Source of the DNA: Gordius albopunctatus
Taxonomy: Eukaryota
NCBI GenBank assembly: GCA_964276515.1
Contig: OZ193909.1
Location: forward strand, 16,120,001 to 16,184,000
Direction: 5' to 3'
DNA: 64,000 nt
The notes under the pieces were generated by a model. That model was not told where the DNA came from. It worked only from the letters and a program-made list of their open reading frames with translations, and did not search any database. Numbering within the stretch: position 1 is the first letter of the stretch; each line of letters opens with the position of its first letter. The position numbers and the translations under genes are program-made. Shown piece by piece: positions 63,290-64,000 of this stretch.

Positions 63290-64000
63290 CTATGACAAAT
63301 TTCCACACTTTACCAGAAATCTTATACAGCCCTCATCACCTTTAAAACATAGATAAAACTTCAACAAAATTAAGATACCGTATTACTATCATTGTAACAC
63401 AACACACACACCCCATTCCGCATAGGATACGATATACGTAATATCGTAATTTTTTTACAACCTAGATGGGGCTAAAACAATAATCCCAATAATTCTTTTA
63501 ATTTAGCTACCCATCGATTATATTATGAAATTAAATTTACATCAATAAGAAAAAATCTCCTCTTCATTTTAAATTTAATTATTCAAAAATAATTAATTTA
63601 TGCCTTAAAAAACAAATATATTAATATCTAAAAAATAATATGCTCTTATTTTACCTCTATACTACAAAACATTATCCCCAGGTCAACCTAACCCCTAAGG
63701 TTTGGTTTCCAACCTTAACCCAAACCTAAGGTTTGGATTGTAAAAACCTAGGTTTTGATCATCACTAATTGTAACAAACGGTATTTAAATATGAGATGAA
63801 ATATCTACTTTGCCTGAAAAGATTTTTAAGGTCAGTCCATGAGCGTAGCCAGGGGGGGGGGGCAGGAAGGGGCAACTGCCCCCCCTACATACAAAAATCT
63901 GTTAAACTTTATTAAAACATAAAATGATTATTTTGGCCCTTCCTAAATCATTATTGCCCCATCCTCTAATTTCAAAGCTGGTTACGCCCACGTAAGGCCC

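Overview
AT-rich, repeat-dense eukaryotic (invertebrate animal-like) genomic DNA, not prokaryotic. Intron sizes are bimodal: 33-41 nt micro-introns versus kb-size TE-filled introns. Host genes reconstructed by manual splicing: ORC5 (+, 6973 to at least 10074), an orphan secreted Tyr/Asn/Pro-rich protein (+, 18494-21001), UBFD1 (+, ~31318-37499), HCCS (+, 41813-42611), GLB1-type beta-galactosidase (-, 55305-43319) and the 3' part of a tandem-domain receptor tyrosine phosphatase (-, 63289-58905). Mobile DNA: a degenerate Ty3/Gypsy element nested inside two TIR elements that end just before the ORC5 start codon; a CRE-like REL non-LTR element; a full-length RTE LINE plus two partial copies; a Helitron; a hAT transposase remnant; many MITEs. 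Two highlights. (1) The RTE begins exactly at the cleavage site of a twister-ribozyme motif with compensatory base pairs, and a second copy lies at the left window edge. (2) A non-autonomous LTR element shares LTRs with the Gypsy but carries one open chimeric ORF in which RT, RNase H and the integrase core are removed in frame and RT/RH is replaced by a ~100-aa Pro/Gln/Gly-rich segment. All homology calls are from recognition by eye; no searches were run.
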